NCBI GenBank assembly: GCA_040905425.1
Contig: JBBDRO010000050.1
Span: 56,877-120,876, forward strand
Length of the DNA: 64,000 nt
Origin: Gemmatimonadota bacterium
GTDB taxonomy: Bacteria; Gemmatimonadota; Gemmatimonadetes; Longimicrobiales; RSA9
Reading direction: 5' to 3'
Both the position numbers and the translations under genes were made by a program. Positions 9,276 to 22,592 of this stretch are shown here, piece after piece. How positions within the stretch are numbered: the first letter of the stretch is position 1; each line of letters opens with the position of its first letter. The notes beneath the pieces were generated by a model. That model was not told the origin of the DNA. It saw only the letters and a program-made list of their open reading frames with translations, and did not search any database.

Positions 9276-10750
9276 AGCCCCAGCTTCGGCCAGAGTTCGT
9301 CCACGCGCGCCTTCACGTCCGCGTCCATTTCGATGACCTCCGGCCACTTCACCCGGTCCACACCCTCCTCGGGCCACTTGGCGGTGCCGTCGATGCCCAT
9401 CTTGGAGCCGTAGGCCGGACCCCGCGCGGCGTGGTCCAGGTCATCGATGGGGCCGAACGTGAAGGCCACGTCCCGCTCGGGATCGATGTTGTTCAGCGCG
9501 TACCACCACACCTCCTTCGGCTGCTGCACGTCGATGAAATGGTCCACCACCACGATCACCTTGGCCAGCGCCATCAGCCCCTGGCCCCAGAGGCCGTTCA
9601 TGACCTTGCGGGCGTGGCCGGGATACTCCTTGCGGATGCTCACCAGCACCAGGTTGTGGAAGATGCCCTCGGGGGGCATGTGGTAGTCCACGATCTCCGG
9701 CATGGTGAGGCGCAGCAGCGGCAGGAAGATCCGCTCCGTGGCCCCGCCCAGGTAGGCGTCCTCCACGGGCGGCCGGCCCACGATGGTGGACGGGTAGACC
9801 GCGCCCCGGCGCATGGTGATGCGCTCCACGTGGAAGTAGGGGAAGAGGTCCTCCGGCGTGTAGAAGCCCGTGTGGTCCCCGAACGGCCCCTCCATGCCCT
9901 TGGGCTCCGTGGTGTCCACGTACCCCTCCAGCACGATCTCCGCTTCGGCGGGAATGCGCAGCTCGGAGAGCGTGGCCTCCGCCACCATGACCGGCGTGCG
10001 GCGCAGGAAGCCGCTGAAGAGGTACTCGTCAATGCCGGGCGGCAGCGGCGCCGTGGGCGAATACATGGTGGCCGGGTCCGCGCCCAGCGCCACCGCCACC
10101 GGCATGCGCTGGATGCCCAGCTCCTGGTACTTCCGGTAGTGCCCCGCCCCGCCCTTGTGGCGCTGCCAGTGCATGAAGGTGGTCTTCTCGTCCACCACCT
10201 GCATGCGGTACATGCCCACGTTCTGGACGCCCGTCTCCGGGTCCCTGGTCAGCACCATGGGGAAGGTGATGAAGGGTGCCGGGTCCCCCGGCCACGAGGT
10301 CATCACCGGGAGGCGGGAGAGCTGGACGTCGCTTCCCTCCAGAATGATTTCCTGACAGGGCGGCCTGCCCCTGGCAGCGCGCGGCGGGACCTTGGCCAGC
10401 TCGGCGAACTTCGGCAGCATCTGCACCTTGGCCCAGAAGCCCTCGGGCACGTCGGGCTGGAGCAGCGTGGCAATGCGCTCGGCGTGCTCGGAGACGTCCT
10501 CCACGCCCAGCGCCATGGCCATGCGGCGGCGCGACCCGAAGAGGTTGATGGCCACCGGGATGTCCCCCTCGGTGCCGTCATGCAGCACGGGCCGCTCGAA
10601 GAGGAGCGCCTTGCCGCCGCCCTCACTCTTCATGACGCGGTCGGCGATCTCCGCCATCTCCAGGTGCACGGAAACCGGCTCGCGCACACGCACGAGTTCA
10701 CCGGCACGGTCGAGCTCCTCCAGGAAGGAGCTGAGATTGTCGATTGCCAT
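9272..10750 (-). CDS. ubiD: UbiD-family prFMN-dependent decarboxylase (menaquinone biosynthesis decarboxylase)
   Basis: NVGMYRMQV, EGPFGDHTGFY, IVGRPPVED, DLDHA...GSKMGIDGT. Start placed at ATG 10750. Confidence 0.92.
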   Translation of the reverse strand: MAIDNLSSFLEELDRAGELVRVREPVSVHLEMAEIADRVMKSEGGGKALLFERPVLHDGTEGDIPVAINLFGSRRRMAMALGVEDVSEHAERIATLLQPDVPEGFWAKVQMLPKFAELAKVPPRAARGRPPCQEIILEGSDVQLSRLPVMTSWPGDPAPFITFPMVLTRDPETGVQNVGMYRMQVVDEKTTFMHWQRHKGGAGHYRKYQELGIQRMPVAVALGADPATMYSPTAPLPPGIDEYLFSGFLRRTPVMVAEATLSELRIPAEAEIVLEGYVDTTEPKGMEGPFGDHTGFYTPEDLFPYFHVERITMRRGAVYPSTIVGRPPVEDAYLGGATERIFLPLLRLTMPEIVDYHMPPEGIFHNLVLVSIRKEYPGHARKVMNGLWGQGLMALAKVIVVVDHFIDVQQPKEVWWYALNNIDPERDVAFTFGPIDDLDHAARGPAYGSKMGIDGTAKWPEEGVDRVKWPEVIEMDADVKARVDELWPKLGL

Positions 10751-10794
10751 AGGCGGCCGAATGTACGGCGAAAGCGGACGCGGTGGAACCCGGG

Positions 10795-11268
10795 CTAGCG
10801 AATTACCAGCGGGCGACGCATGGACTCGGGAGTCTCGTCCGCGGAGGCCAGCGGCGCGCCCACCGTGTAGTTGCCGGCCTCGAGCACCATGCTCAGTTCG
10901 ATGGATCCGCCCGGCGGCACGGTGAGGGACTTCCACTGCCCGCCGCCCTCCTTCTGCACGTGCAGCTGGTAGGTGTCCTCCCCGCCGTTCTCCATGACGA
11001 AGGTGACCTGCCCCGACGAAGCGAGCGTGTCCGGCTCCAGCGTGAGGCTGTCACCCGTGACGCGCACCTGGATGACCTGCCCGGCGGGGTCCCCGGGCTC
11101 CATCCCCGTGGCCGTGGTATCCGCCGCCGCATCGGCGGCGCTCGTGGCCGGGAGCTCCCCCTCGATACGGGGGGCGTCCGCGTCCCCGACATCCTCCGCG
11201 CCGTCCCCGCCGCAGGCAGCCGCCAGCGCCACTGCCACGGTCAGTATACTCATGCTATAGCGCATCAT
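10795..11268 (-). CDS. Lipoprotein with a cupredoxin-like C-terminal domain
   Basis: LAAAC lipobox, acidic linker, G.VTFVMENGG...VPPGGS.EL...LEAGNYT pattern. Confidence 0.6.
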   Translation of the reverse strand: MMRYSMSILTVAVALAAACGGDGAEDVGDADAPRIEGELPATSAADAAADTTATGMEPGDPAGQVIQVRVTGDSLTLEPDTLASSGQVTFVMENGGEDTYQLHVQKEGGGQWKSLTVPPGGSIELSMVLEAGNYTVGAPLASADETPESMRRPLVIR

Positions 11269-11437
11269 TGCTCATCCTCCATACGTTCACCGCGTACGGC
11301 ACCGTCCGTGCCGCGCCCCCGTCCATGGATCTTCGTGGCCGGCCGGGGGTGCCCGCAAGCGCGCCGGAGCGGAGCGCCCGATTCTTGCACAGCTGCAACG
11401 CTTTCGCGCCAGACCCCAACACCACGACCGGACAGGC

Positions 11438-13510
11438 ATGAGGGACCGAGGCAACGACATTCGGCGGTACGACGGCAAGCGACGGGTGATCATCGAGGGC
11501 GTACGTCCCCAGGTGGACTGCGGGCGATTTCCCGCCAAACGCACGCTGGGGGATCCGGTGGCGGTGGAAGCGGATGTCTTCGCCGACGGGCACGACGTGC
11601 TGCGCGCCGTGCTGCGCTGGCGCTACCGCACCGAACGCCGCTGGCGTGAGACCCCCATGGAACCGCTCGGCAACGATCGCTGGCGCGCCGCTTTCACGGC
11701 GGACCGGCTGGGCACCTTCGTGTTCGGCGTGGCCGCCTGGGTGGACCCGTTCGCCAGCTGGCGCCGGGATATGGAGAAGCGCCTGGCCGCCGACCAGGAC
11801 GTGCGCGTGGACGCACTCACCGGGGCCATGCTGCTGACAGCGGCCGCCGACCGTGCTCGGGGGGCGGACGCCAAACAGTTGCGTGCCGCCGCCGAGGAGC
11901 TCCAGGATGGAAGCGACGACGCCTCCGAACGCGCCCGGCGCGCGCTCGATCCGGCGCTGGCTACCCTGGCCGCCGGCTGGCCGGACCGCACGCACGAGAG
12001 CGTCTTCGAGCGGGAGCTGGAGGTCCAGGTGGACCCGGTGCGCGCCCGCTTCAGCGCCTGGTACGAGCTCTTCCCCCGCTCCCTCGGCAAGGCGGGCGAA
12101 CACGGCACGCTGCGGGACGTGGAGGCGCACCTGCCCTACGTCCGCGAACTGGGCTTCGACGTGCTCTACCTGCCCCCCGTGCACCCCATCGGCCGCACCA
12201 GGCGCAAGGGCAAGAACAACCGCGAGAGCGCCGCGCTGGGTGACGTGGGCTCGCCGTGGGGCATCGGTGCCATCGAGGGCGGCCACAAGGCGGTGCATCC
12301 CGACCTGGGCACCGTGGAGGACGTCCGGCGGCTGGCTGACGAGGCACGCGCGCAGGGCATCGAGCTGGCGCTGGACGTGGCCTTCCAGGTGGCGCCGGAC
12401 CATCCGTACGTGGCGGAGCATCCCGACTGGTTCCGGGCGCGCCCGGACGGCACCATCCAGTACGCTGAGAATCCGCCCAAGAAGTACCAGGACATCTACC
12501 CGTTCGATTTCGAGACGGCGGACTGGAAGGCGCTCTGGCAGGAGTTGGAGAGCGTCTTCGAGTTCTGGGTCGAGCAGGGCGTGCGCACCTTCCGCGTGGA
12601 CAATCCCCACACCAAGGCCTTTGCGTTCTGGGAATGGTGCATCGGCCGGCTGAAGGCCCGCCATCCCGATCTGGTCTTCCTCTCGGAGGCGTTCACGCGG
12701 CCAAGCATCATGCACCGCCTGGCCAAGCTCGGCTTCACCCAGTCCTACACGTACTTTGCCTGGCGCCAGGAAAAGTGGGAGCTGGAGGAGTACCTGCGAG
12801 AGCTCAGCACGCCGCCCGTGGCGGACTTCTTCCGGCCCAACTTCTGGCCCAATACGCCGGACATCCTCACCGAACAGCTGCAGACCGGCGGGCGCCCCAT
12901 GTTCATCAGCCGCCTCATCCTGGCTGCCACCATGAGCGCCAACTACGGCATCTACGGTCCCGCTTTCGAACTGCTCGAGCACGCGCCGCGCGAGCCTGGC
13001 AGCGAGGAATACCTGCACTCGGAGAAGTACCAGATCCGGCACTGGGAGCTGGAGCGGCCGGAATCGCTGCGCCACATCATCGCGCGCATGAACGCCATCC
13101 GCCGGGAGAATCCGGCGCTGCACGCCAACGAGAGCATCCGCATCCACACCATCGAGAACGATCAGGTGATTGCCTACAGCAAGGTGGCTCCCGCCACGGA
13201 CCCGGACGCCCATCCCAACATCATCCTCACGGTGGTGAACCTGGACCCCGACCACGTGCAATCCGGCTGGGTGGAGGTGCCGCTGGCGGAGCTGGGCCTG
13301 CCGGAGGACGCGCCCTACGAGGCCCACGACCTGCTGGGCGACGCCCGCTACCGCTGGGAGGGCGCCTGGAACTACGTGGAGCTGGATCCGCGTGTGCTGC
13401 CCGCCCACATCCTGCGCCTCGCGCCGACCGCCCCGCCCGCGCCCACCGCCCCGCCCGGACCCGGCGCCCCGGAGCGCAGCCGCGCCGCGCGGCCGGCGAG
13501 GGGGCGCTGA
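11438..13510 (+). CDS. glgE: Alpha-1,4-glucan:maltose-1-phosphate maltosyltransferase
   Basis: AWYELFPRS, YLPPVHPIG, YAENPPKKYQDIY, FRVDNPHTK, LSEAFT, NFWPNTPDIL. Confidence 0.96.
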   Translation: MRDRGNDIRRYDGKRRVIIEGVRPQVDCGRFPAKRTLGDPVAVEADVFADGHDVLRAVLRWRYRTERRWRETPMEPLGNDRWRAAFTADRLGTFVFGVAAWVDPFASWRRDMEKRLAADQDVRVDALTGAMLLTAAADRARGADAKQLRAAAEELQDGSDDASERARRALDPALATLAAGWPDRTHESVFERELEVQVDPVRARFSAWYELFPRSLGKAGEHGTLRDVEAHLPYVRELGFDVLYLPPVHPIGRTRRKGKNNRESAALGDVGSPWGIGAIEGGHKAVHPDLGTVEDVRRLADEARAQGIELALDVAFQVAPDHPYVAEHPDWFRARPDGTIQYAENPPKKYQDIYPFDFETADWKALWQELESVFEFWVEQGVRTFRVDNPHTKAFAFWEWCIGRLKARHPDLVFLSEAFTRPSIMHRLAKLGFTQSYTYFAWRQEKWELEEYLRELSTPPVADFFRPNFWPNTPDILTEQLQTGGRPMFISRLILAATMSANYGIYGPAFELLEHAPREPGSEEYLHSEKYQIRHWELERPESLRHIIARMNAIRRENPALHANESIRIHTIENDQVIAYSKVAPATDPDAHPNIILTVVNLDPDHVQSGWVEVPLAELGLPEDAPYEAHDLLGDARYRWEGAWNYVELDPRVLPAHILRLAPTAPPAPTAPPGPGAPERSRAARPARGR

Positions 13511-16500
13511 TGCCGCGCGCCGCCACCGACCACAAGGTCTCCGAGCCGCAGTGGTACAAGGACGCCGTCATCTACGAGCTGCACGTGCGCGCCTTCGCGG
13601 ACAGCAACGGGGACGGCATGGGGGACTTTGCCGGTCTCACGGAGAAGCTGGACTACCTGGCCGACCTGGGCGTGACCGCCCTCTGGATCCTGCCCTTCTA
13701 TCCGTCGCCCTGGCGCGACGACGGCTACGACATTGCCGATTTCGAGAGCATCCACCCCTCGTACGGCACCATGGCGGACTTCAAGCGCTTCATGCGGGAG
13801 GCCAGGAAGCGCGGGCTGCGCGTCATCACCGAGCTGGTCATCAACCACACCTCCGACCAGCACCCGTGGTTCCAGAAGGCGCGGCGCGCGGCGCCGGGCA
13901 CGAAGGCGCGGGACATGTACGTGTGGAGTGACACGCCGGAGCTCTACAAGGAAGTCCGCATCATCTTCAAGGACTTCGAGCACTCCAACTGGGCGTGGGA
14001 CCCGGTGGCCAAGCAGTACTACTGGCACCGGTTCTTCTCCCATCAGCCGGACCTGAACTTCGACAACCCGGCCGTCCACCGGGCCATCTTCAAGACCATG
14101 GACTTCTGGTTCCGGATGGGCGTGGACGGCATGCGGCTGGACGCCATCCCCTACCTCTACGAGCGGGCCGGGACGAGTTCGGAAAATCTTCCGGAGACCC
14201 ACGACTTCCTGAAGGAGCTGCGCGCCCACGTGGACGCGAAGTGGGAGGACCGCATGCTGCTGGCGGAGGCCAACCAGTGGCCGGAGGAGACGGTGCCCTA
14301 CTTCGGGGACGGCGACGAGTGCCACATGTCCTTCCACTTCCCCGTCATGCCGCGCCTCTTCATGTCCGTGCGCATGGAGGATCGCTTCCCGATCATCGAC
14401 ATCCTGGAGCAGACGCCGGCCATCCCCGAGGCCTGCCAGTGGGCCACCTTCCTGCGCAACCACGACGAGCTGACGCTGGAGATGGTGACGGACGAGGAGC
14501 GGGACTACATGTACCGCGTCTACGCCAACGATCCCCAGGCGCGCATCAACCTGGGCATCCGCCGGCGGCTGGCGCCGCTGCTGGGCAACAGCCGGCGCAA
14601 GATCGAACTCATGAACGCCCTGCTCTTCTCACTCCCGGGCACCCCCGTGCTCTACTACGGGGACGAGATCGGCATGGGGGACAACATCTACCTGGGGGAC
14701 CGCAACGGCGTGCGCACCCCCATGCAGTGGAGCGCGGACCGCAACGCCGGCTTCTCACGGGCGAACCCGCAGCGCCTCTACGCGCCCGTCATCGTGGATC
14801 CGGAGTACCACTACGAGAGCCAGAACGTGGAGGCGCAGCAGGCCAACTCCAGCTCGCTGCTGTGGTGGATGAAGCGGCTGGTGGCGCTGCGCAAACAGCA
14901 CCCCGCCTTCGGGCGGGGCACCATCGAGTTCCTCTTCCCGGAGAACCGCAGGGTGCTGGCGTTCCTCCGGGAGTGGGAGGGCGAGCGCATCCTGGTGGTG
15001 GTGAATCTCTCCCGTATGGTGCAGCACGCCCACCTGGACCTCTCGGCCTTCGAGGGCGCCTTGCCCGTGGAGATGTTCGGCCACACGGAGTTCCCGCGCG
15101 TGGGCGCCAACCCCTACTTCATCACCCTGGGTCCCCACAGCTTCTACTGGTTCCAGCTCGAGGGGCGGGCGGCGGAGCCCACCGAAGCGGAGCCGCTGCG
15201 TGTGCCGGCGCGACGGGAATGGAGCGCCCTTCTGGAGGACGGCGGCGCGCCGGCCATGCTCAGGGCGCTCGGTGACTACCTGCCGGAGCAGCGCTGGTTC
15301 CAGGGCAAGGCGCGCCGCATCCGCCAGATGGCCGTCGCCGACGTGGTGCAGGTGCCGGGCGCCCCCGAGCACAGCCGCCTGGTGCTGGTGGACGTGACGT
15401 ACGTGGAAGGCGACCCGGAGACGTACGCCGTCCCCCTGTCCGCCACCACCGCCGAGCGGCGGGACGAGCTGGAGAAGGAGCTGCGCAGGGCGGTGATCGC
15501 GCCGCTGGTGGATGGCCCGGCGGAGCTGCTGGTGGACGCCATGGCGGAGCCCCCCTTCCGCACCGCGCTCTACGGGCTGGCGGGCGCGCGCCGCCGGCAG
15601 AGCAGCACGCAGGGGCGCCTCCGCGCCGCGGGCGGACGGCGCAAGCTGCCCGCAGCGGCGGAGCCCAACCGGCTGGTCAGCGCGGAGCAGTCCAACACCA
15701 GCGTGGTATTCGGCCACGACGCGGTCCTGAAGCTCTACCGCCGGCTCGAGGAAGGCGTGAGCCTGGACCTGGAGCTCGGCCGCTTCCTCTCCACGCAGGG
15801 CTTTGCCCACACGCCCGAGCTGCTGGGGGCCGTGGAGTATCACGCGGACGCCGGCGAGCCGCGCACCGTGGCCGTGATCCACCGGTTCGTTCCCAACGAA
15901 GGCGACGCCTGGCGGCTCACCCTGGACGCCGCGGGGGACTTCTTCGAGCGCGCCGCCACGCTGGAGGCGGAGGCGCCGGCCACGGACCCGTCCGCCGCGG
16001 GACTGCTGGCGCTCGCGGCCGCTCCCCCGCGAGACATGGCCCACGAGCGCGTGGGGCCGTTCCTGGAGGAGGTCCGCCTGCTCGGCCGCCGCACCGGGGA
16101 ACTGCACCTGGCGCTCGGCTCCGATCCGGCTGACCCGGCCTTTGCGCCGGAGCCCTTCACCCCCTTCTACCAGCGCTCGCTCTACCAGTCCATGCGCAAC
16201 CTGGCGGGCCGCACCTTCCGCCTGCTGGACACGGTGCTCGAGCGGCTGCCGGAGGAGAGCCGCGCCGAGGCCGCCACCATTGCGGGCCGACGCGACCAGG
16301 TGCTGGAGCGCTTCAAGCTGCTCATCCGCGGCACGCGCGGCGGCATGCGCATCCGCACCCACGGGGACTACCACCTGGGGCAGGTGCTCTTCACGGGGAA
16401 GGACTTCATGATCACGGACTTCGAGGGGGAACCCATCCGGCCCCTGGGCGAGCGGCGCCTGAAGCGCTCGCCCCTGCGCGACGTGGCGGGCATGCTCCGC

Positions 16501-16809
16501 TCCTTCCACTACGCGGTGAACGCCGTGCTCCATGACCGCGCGGCGGGCATGCCGGTGCGCGCGGGTGACCGGGAGGCCATGGAGCCGTGGGCGGACTACT
16601 GGTACGTGAGCGTGGCGGGCGCCTTCCTGCACGACTACCTGGACGTGACCGAAGGCTCCGCGCTGCTCCCCTCCGAACCGGATGACCTGGACGTTCTCCT
16701 GGCGGCATACCTGCTCGACAAAGCCGTCTACGAACTGGCCTACGAGCTGAACAACCGTCCCGACTGGGCGGCCATACCGCTCAAGGGGCTGACGCAGCTG
16801 CTGGCGTGA
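13510..16809 (+). CDS. treS: Trehalose synthase fused to maltokinase (TreS-Pep2/Mak)
   Basis: WYKDAVIYE, RLDAIPYL, LAEANQW, FLRNHDELTLEMV. The C-terminal kinase has EQSNTS, HGDYHLGQVL and DFEGEP. ATG 13510 overlaps the glgE stop. Confidence 0.95.
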   Translation: MPRAATDHKVSEPQWYKDAVIYELHVRAFADSNGDGMGDFAGLTEKLDYLADLGVTALWILPFYPSPWRDDGYDIADFESIHPSYGTMADFKRFMREARKRGLRVITELVINHTSDQHPWFQKARRAAPGTKARDMYVWSDTPELYKEVRIIFKDFEHSNWAWDPVAKQYYWHRFFSHQPDLNFDNPAVHRAIFKTMDFWFRMGVDGMRLDAIPYLYERAGTSSENLPETHDFLKELRAHVDAKWEDRMLLAEANQWPEETVPYFGDGDECHMSFHFPVMPRLFMSVRMEDRFPIIDILEQTPAIPEACQWATFLRNHDELTLEMVTDEERDYMYRVYANDPQARINLGIRRRLAPLLGNSRRKIELMNALLFSLPGTPVLYYGDEIGMGDNIYLGDRNGVRTPMQWSADRNAGFSRANPQRLYAPVIVDPEYHYESQNVEAQQANSSSLLWWMKRLVALRKQHPAFGRGTIEFLFPENRRVLAFLREWEGERILVVVNLSRMVQHAHLDLSAFEGALPVEMFGHTEFPRVGANPYFITLGPHSFYWFQLEGRAAEPTEAEPLRVPARREWSALLEDGGAPAMLRALGDYLPEQRWFQGKARRIRQMAVADVVQVPGAPEHSRLVLVDVTYVEGDPETYAVPLSATTAERRDELEKELRRAVIAPLVDGPAELLVDAMAEPPFRTALYGLAGARRRQSSTQGRLRAAGGRRKLPAAAEPNRLVSAEQSNTSVVFGHDAVLKLYRRLEEGVSLDLELGRFLSTQGFAHTPELLGAVEYHADAGEPRTVAVIHRFVPNEGDAWRLTLDAAGDFFERAATLEAEAPATDPSAAGLLALAAAPPRDMAHERVGPFLEEVRLLGRRTGELHLALGSDPADPAFAPEPFTPFYQRSLYQSMRNLAGRTFRLLDTVLERLPEESRAEAATIAGRRDQVLERFKLLIRGTRGGMRIRTHGDYHLGQVLFTGKDFMITDFEGEPIRPLGERRLKRSPLRDVAGMLRSFHYAVNAVLHDRAAGMPVRAGDREAMEPWADYWYVSVAGAFLHDYLDVTEGSALLPSEPDDLDVLLAAYLLDKAVYELAYELNNRPDWAAIPLKGLTQLLA

Positions 16810-18788
16810 GCCAGGAACACGCCGCCCTGGACGCGCTGGCCATCCGCTGGGGCGTCCAGCCCGGGTACACGGACTGGCGCGGCCAGGCGCGCAGGCCCTC
16901 GGCCGAAGCGCTGACAGCGGTGCTGCGGAGCCTGGGCGCCCCCATCCAGGAGCCGGACGGTGCGGAGGAGGCGCTGCGCGCCTCACTGGCGGACGCGGAC
17001 GGCGGCCCGCCGCCCGTGCTGCTGGCGTGGGGCGGGTGGCTGTCGCCCACCGCCTCCCTCCCCGCCGACGCGCAGGCGGAGGTGGTGCTCGAGGATGGCG
17101 GCCGCCTGGCCGGAACCGTGGCATCCCTGGGGGACGCCGCGCTCCCACTGGGCCTGCACACGCTCCGCGTGGAGCGGGCCGGTGACGTGGTGGAGAGCGC
17201 GATCATCGCCGCGCCCCCCCTGGCGGCGTCCGTGCCGGACCGCCCCTGGGGCCTCTTCCTCCCGCTGCATGCCCTGCACACCGCCCGCACGGGCGCGCTG
17301 GCCGACTTCACCGACCTGCGCGCCCTGGGCCGCTGGGTGCGCGCGCGGGGCGGAGACCTGGTGGGCGTGCTCCCCCTGCTCGCGGCCTTTCTGGACGGGG
17401 ACCCGTTCGACCCCAGCCCGTACGCGCCCGCCAGCCGCCTCTTCTGGAACGAGCTCTACGTGGATCCGGAGGAGGCAGCGGTGCGCGCCCGCGCACCGGA
17501 TGGGGCCGTCCCGCCGCGCACGGCCCCGGCGCGCACGCTGGTGGACTACCGCGCCGCGGCCGCGGACCACCGGCGGGCGCTCCAGGCGGCCGCGGCGGCG
17601 TTTTTCGAGCGCGGCGGAGCCGAGGAGGACCCGGACTTCCGCCGTTTCCTCGAGGAGCGCCCGCGGGCCGCCGACTACGCCCGCTTCCGGGGCGCCACGG
17701 CCCGCTTCGGCCGCGGCTGGCCGGCGTGGCCGGAGCGCGCCCGGGAGGGCCGGCTGGAGGAGGCGGACGTGGATCCGCGGGAGGAGCGCTACCACCTCTT
17801 CGCGCAGTGGGCCGCCGACCGGCAACTGGCCGCGCACCACGCCGACCCCACGGCCGCCGACCTCTACCTGGACCTGCCGCTGGGCGTGCACGGCGCCGGC
17901 TACGACGTGTGGCGCGAGCGCCATCTTTTCGCCGCCGGCATGGCCGCGGGCGCGCCGCCGGACGCCCTCTTCAGCGGCGGCCAGAACTGGGGCTTCCCGC
18001 CGCTCGTGCCCGCCGCCGCGCGGGCGGGCGGCCATCGCTACTTCGCGGCCTGCCTGCGCCACCAGCTCCGCCACGCGGGGGCGCTGCGCCTGGACCACGT
18101 CATGTCCCTGGAGCGCCTCTACTGGATTCCCGACGGCTTCCCCGCCACCGACGGCGTCTACGTCACCAACGCCGTGGAGGAACTCTTCGCGGTGCTCACG
18201 CTGGAATCGTGGCGGGCCGGCACACCGGTCATCGGGGAAGATCTGGGAACCGTCACCGACCGTATCCGGCACGCCCTGGCCGAGCGCCACGTGCTGCGCA
18301 TGTACGTGGCCCCCTTCGAGGCGCGCCCGCACGAAGACCATCCGCTGCCCGACGCGCCGCGGGAGGCGCTGGCCACGCTGAACACGCACGACATGCCCCC
18401 CTTCGCCGCCTTCTGGAGCGGCGCGGATCTGGCGGACCAGCGCGCGCTGGGCTGGCTGGACGAGGAGGAGGAAGCCGGGGCCCGCGCGGAGCGCGCAGCC
18501 GTCCGCGGGGCGCTGGCGCGCGCGGTGGACCTGCCCGTCGAGGCCCCGGCAGAGCGGGCGTTTCCGGCGCTTCTGGAGCGCCTGGCCGCCGGCCCCGCAC
18601 GAATCCTGCTCGCCAATGCGGAGGACCTGTGGGGGGAGACGCGGCCGCAGAACGTGCCGGGCACCTCCGAGCAGCGCCCCAACTGGCGGCGGCGGGCCGC
18701 GCACCCGCTGGAAGCATGGGGCGCGCTGCCGGGCGTGGAGGAGACCCTGGCGCGCGTCCAACGCGCCCGCAGCAACGGAGAGTCTTGA
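16806..18788 (+). CDS. malQ: 4-alpha-glucanotransferase (GH77)
   Basis: [19 protein letters not shown]...GQNWGFP, LRLDH, GEDLG, THD, QNVPGT...NWRRR. Confidence 0.92.
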   Translation: MSQEHAALDALAIRWGVQPGYTDWRGQARRPSAEALTAVLRSLGAPIQEPDGAEEALRASLADADGGPPPVLLAWGGWLSPTASLPADAQAEVVLEDGGRLAGTVASLGDAALPLGLHTLRVERAGDVVESAIIAAPPLAASVPDRPWGLFLPLHALHTARTGALADFTDLRALGRWVRARGGDLVGVLPLLAAFLDGDPFDPSPYAPASRLFWNELYVDPEEAAVRARAPDGAVPPRTAPARTLVDYRAAAADHRRALQAAAAAFFERGGAEEDPDFRRFLEERPRAADYARFRGATARFGRGWPAWPERAREGRLEEADVDPREERYHLFAQWAADRQLAAHHADPTAADLYLDLPLGVHGAGYDVWRERHLFAAGMAAGAPPDALFSGGQNWGFPPLVPAAARAGGHRYFAACLRHQLRHAGALRLDHVMSLERLYWIPDGFPATDGVYVTNAVEELFAVLTLESWRAGTPVIGEDLGTVTDRIRHALAERHVLRMYVAPFEARPHEDHPLPDAPREALATLNTHDMPPFAAFWSGADLADQRALGWLDEEEEAGARAERAAVRGALARAVDLPVEAPAERAFPALLERLAAGPARILLANAEDLWGETRPQNVPGTSEQRPNWRRRAAHPLEAWGALPGVEETLARVQRARSNGES

Positions 18789-18804
18789 ACCATATCGGAG
18801 ACAC

Positions 18805-20732
<1,928 letters not shown>

Positions 20733-20736
<4 letters not shown>

Positions 20737-22592
20737 GCCAGCTCGCCGAACTCCCGCTGGGCGCGCGTCCGCTGCCCGGCGGCGGCGCCTCGTTCCGCGT
20801 CTGGGCACCGCACGCCGAGCGGGTTGAAGTGGTTCTTCTAAGCGACGATGCCCGTCACGTTCCACTCGCGCCGCTGCCCCGCGGCTACCACGCGGCCGTC
20901 GTGGACGGCGTGGCCGAAGGCACGCGCTACCGCTTCCGGCTCGACGGGGGCGAACCGCTCCCCGACCCCGCCTCGCGCTGGCAGCCCGAGGGCGTGCACG
21001 GCCCTTCGGCCGTCGTGGGCGTGGCTTTCAACTGGACCGACGATAGCTGGCGCGCGCCGCCGTTGCGCGACTGGGTCCTCTACGAGCTGCACGTGGGCAG
21101 CTTCACGCCCGAGGGCACCTTCGACGCCGTCATCCCGCACCTGCCCGCGCTGGCCGAGCTGGGCGTCCGGGCGCTGGAGCTCATGCCGGTGGCCGCCTTC
21201 CCGGGCACCCGCAACTGGGGCTATGACGGCGCCCACCCCTTTGCCGTGCAGGAGAGCTACGGCGGGCCGCGTGGGCTCAAGCGCCTGGTGGACGCCGCCC
21301 ACCGGCACGGCCTTGCGGTGGTGCTGGACGTGGTCTACAACCACCTGGGACCCGAGGGCAATTACCTGGCTCCCTACGGCCCGTACTTCACCCGCGTCTA
21401 CCACACCCCCTGGGGCAGCGCGCTGAACTTCGATGAACGCGGCAGTGACCAGGTGCGCGGCTACTTCGTGGAGAACGCCTGCCAGTGGGTGGGCGAATAC
21501 CACATCGACGGTCTCCGCGTGGACGCGGTGCACGCCATCCTGGATCGCTCGGCCCGCCCGTTCCTGCGCGAGCTGGCGGCGCGCGCCCGCGCCCGGGCCG
21601 CCGCCGACGGGCGCCCCGCCGTCATCATTGCCGAGAGTGACCTGGGGGACCCGCGCGTGCTCTACGGCCCCGAGCGCGGCGGCCTGGGCATGGACGGCCA
21701 GTGGCTGGATGATTTTCACCACGCCCTGCACGCGCTCCTGACGGGTGAGGCACGCGGCTACTACGCCGATTTCGGCGCCCTGGCGCAGCTCGGCAAGGCC
21801 TTCCGCCGTGGCTACGTCTACACCGGCCAGTACTCGCGCTACCGCGACCGGAGCCACGGCGCCGCGCCGAACGGCGTGCCGCCCCGGGCGTTCGTGGTCT
21901 ACGCGCAGAACCACGACCAGGTGGGCAACCGCCCGGCGGGCGACCGCCTGGCCGCCACGCTGGACCACGCCAAGCTCCGCCTGGCCGCCGCCACCGTGCT
22001 GCTCTCCCCCTTCACGCCGCTCCTCTTCATGGGTGAGGAGTACGGCGAGACCAACCCGTTCCCCTACTTCGTGAGCCACACCGACCCGGCGCTGGTGGAG
22101 GCCGTGCGGCGCGGCCGGAAGGAGGAGTTCGCGGGCTTCCACGACGGCCAGGAGGTGCCCGATCCGCAGGCCGAAAGCACGTTCCGGAGCGCCGTGCCCG
22201 ACCGCGACCGCGCCAGCCAGCCAGCCCACGCCGCGCTGCTGGCGCTGCACCGTGCGCTACTGCAACTGCGGCGGGAGGTGCCGGCGCTCCGCCCGGCCAG
22301 CATGGAGGACATCCACGTGGACGTGGATGAGGCACGAGGCGTGCTCAGGGTGCGCACCGCCGGCGCCGGAGGCAGCGCGCTCCTGATTCTCCATTTCGGG
22401 GACGGCAACGAGCGGGTCGCGCTGCCGGATGCGGCGGGAGGCTGGCGTGTCCTGGTGGACACCGGTGCCGCGCGCTGGCGGCCCGACGCGGACTTCGAGC
22501 GTCCGGAGCCGGACCCGCGGGAGCCCGTGGAGACCATCGAGCTGGCCCCCTGGAGCGCCGTGGCGCTCCTTCACGAAGAGCAGGAAGCATGA
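20733..22592 (+). CDS. treZ: Malto-oligosyltrehalose trehalohydrolase
   Basis: [64 protein letters not shown]. Confidence 0.95.

Noticed and set aside
11374..11398. Sigma54 promoter upstream of glgE
   Set aside because: TTGCA is present but the invariant -24 GG is missing. The short TTGCA-N4-TGCAA palindrome alone is too weak to call.
12634..13509. N-terminal extension of TreS in the 1391-aa ORF
   Set aside because: It overlaps glgE in another frame and has shadow-like Arg/Pro/Ala composition. TreS similarity begins after ATG 13510.
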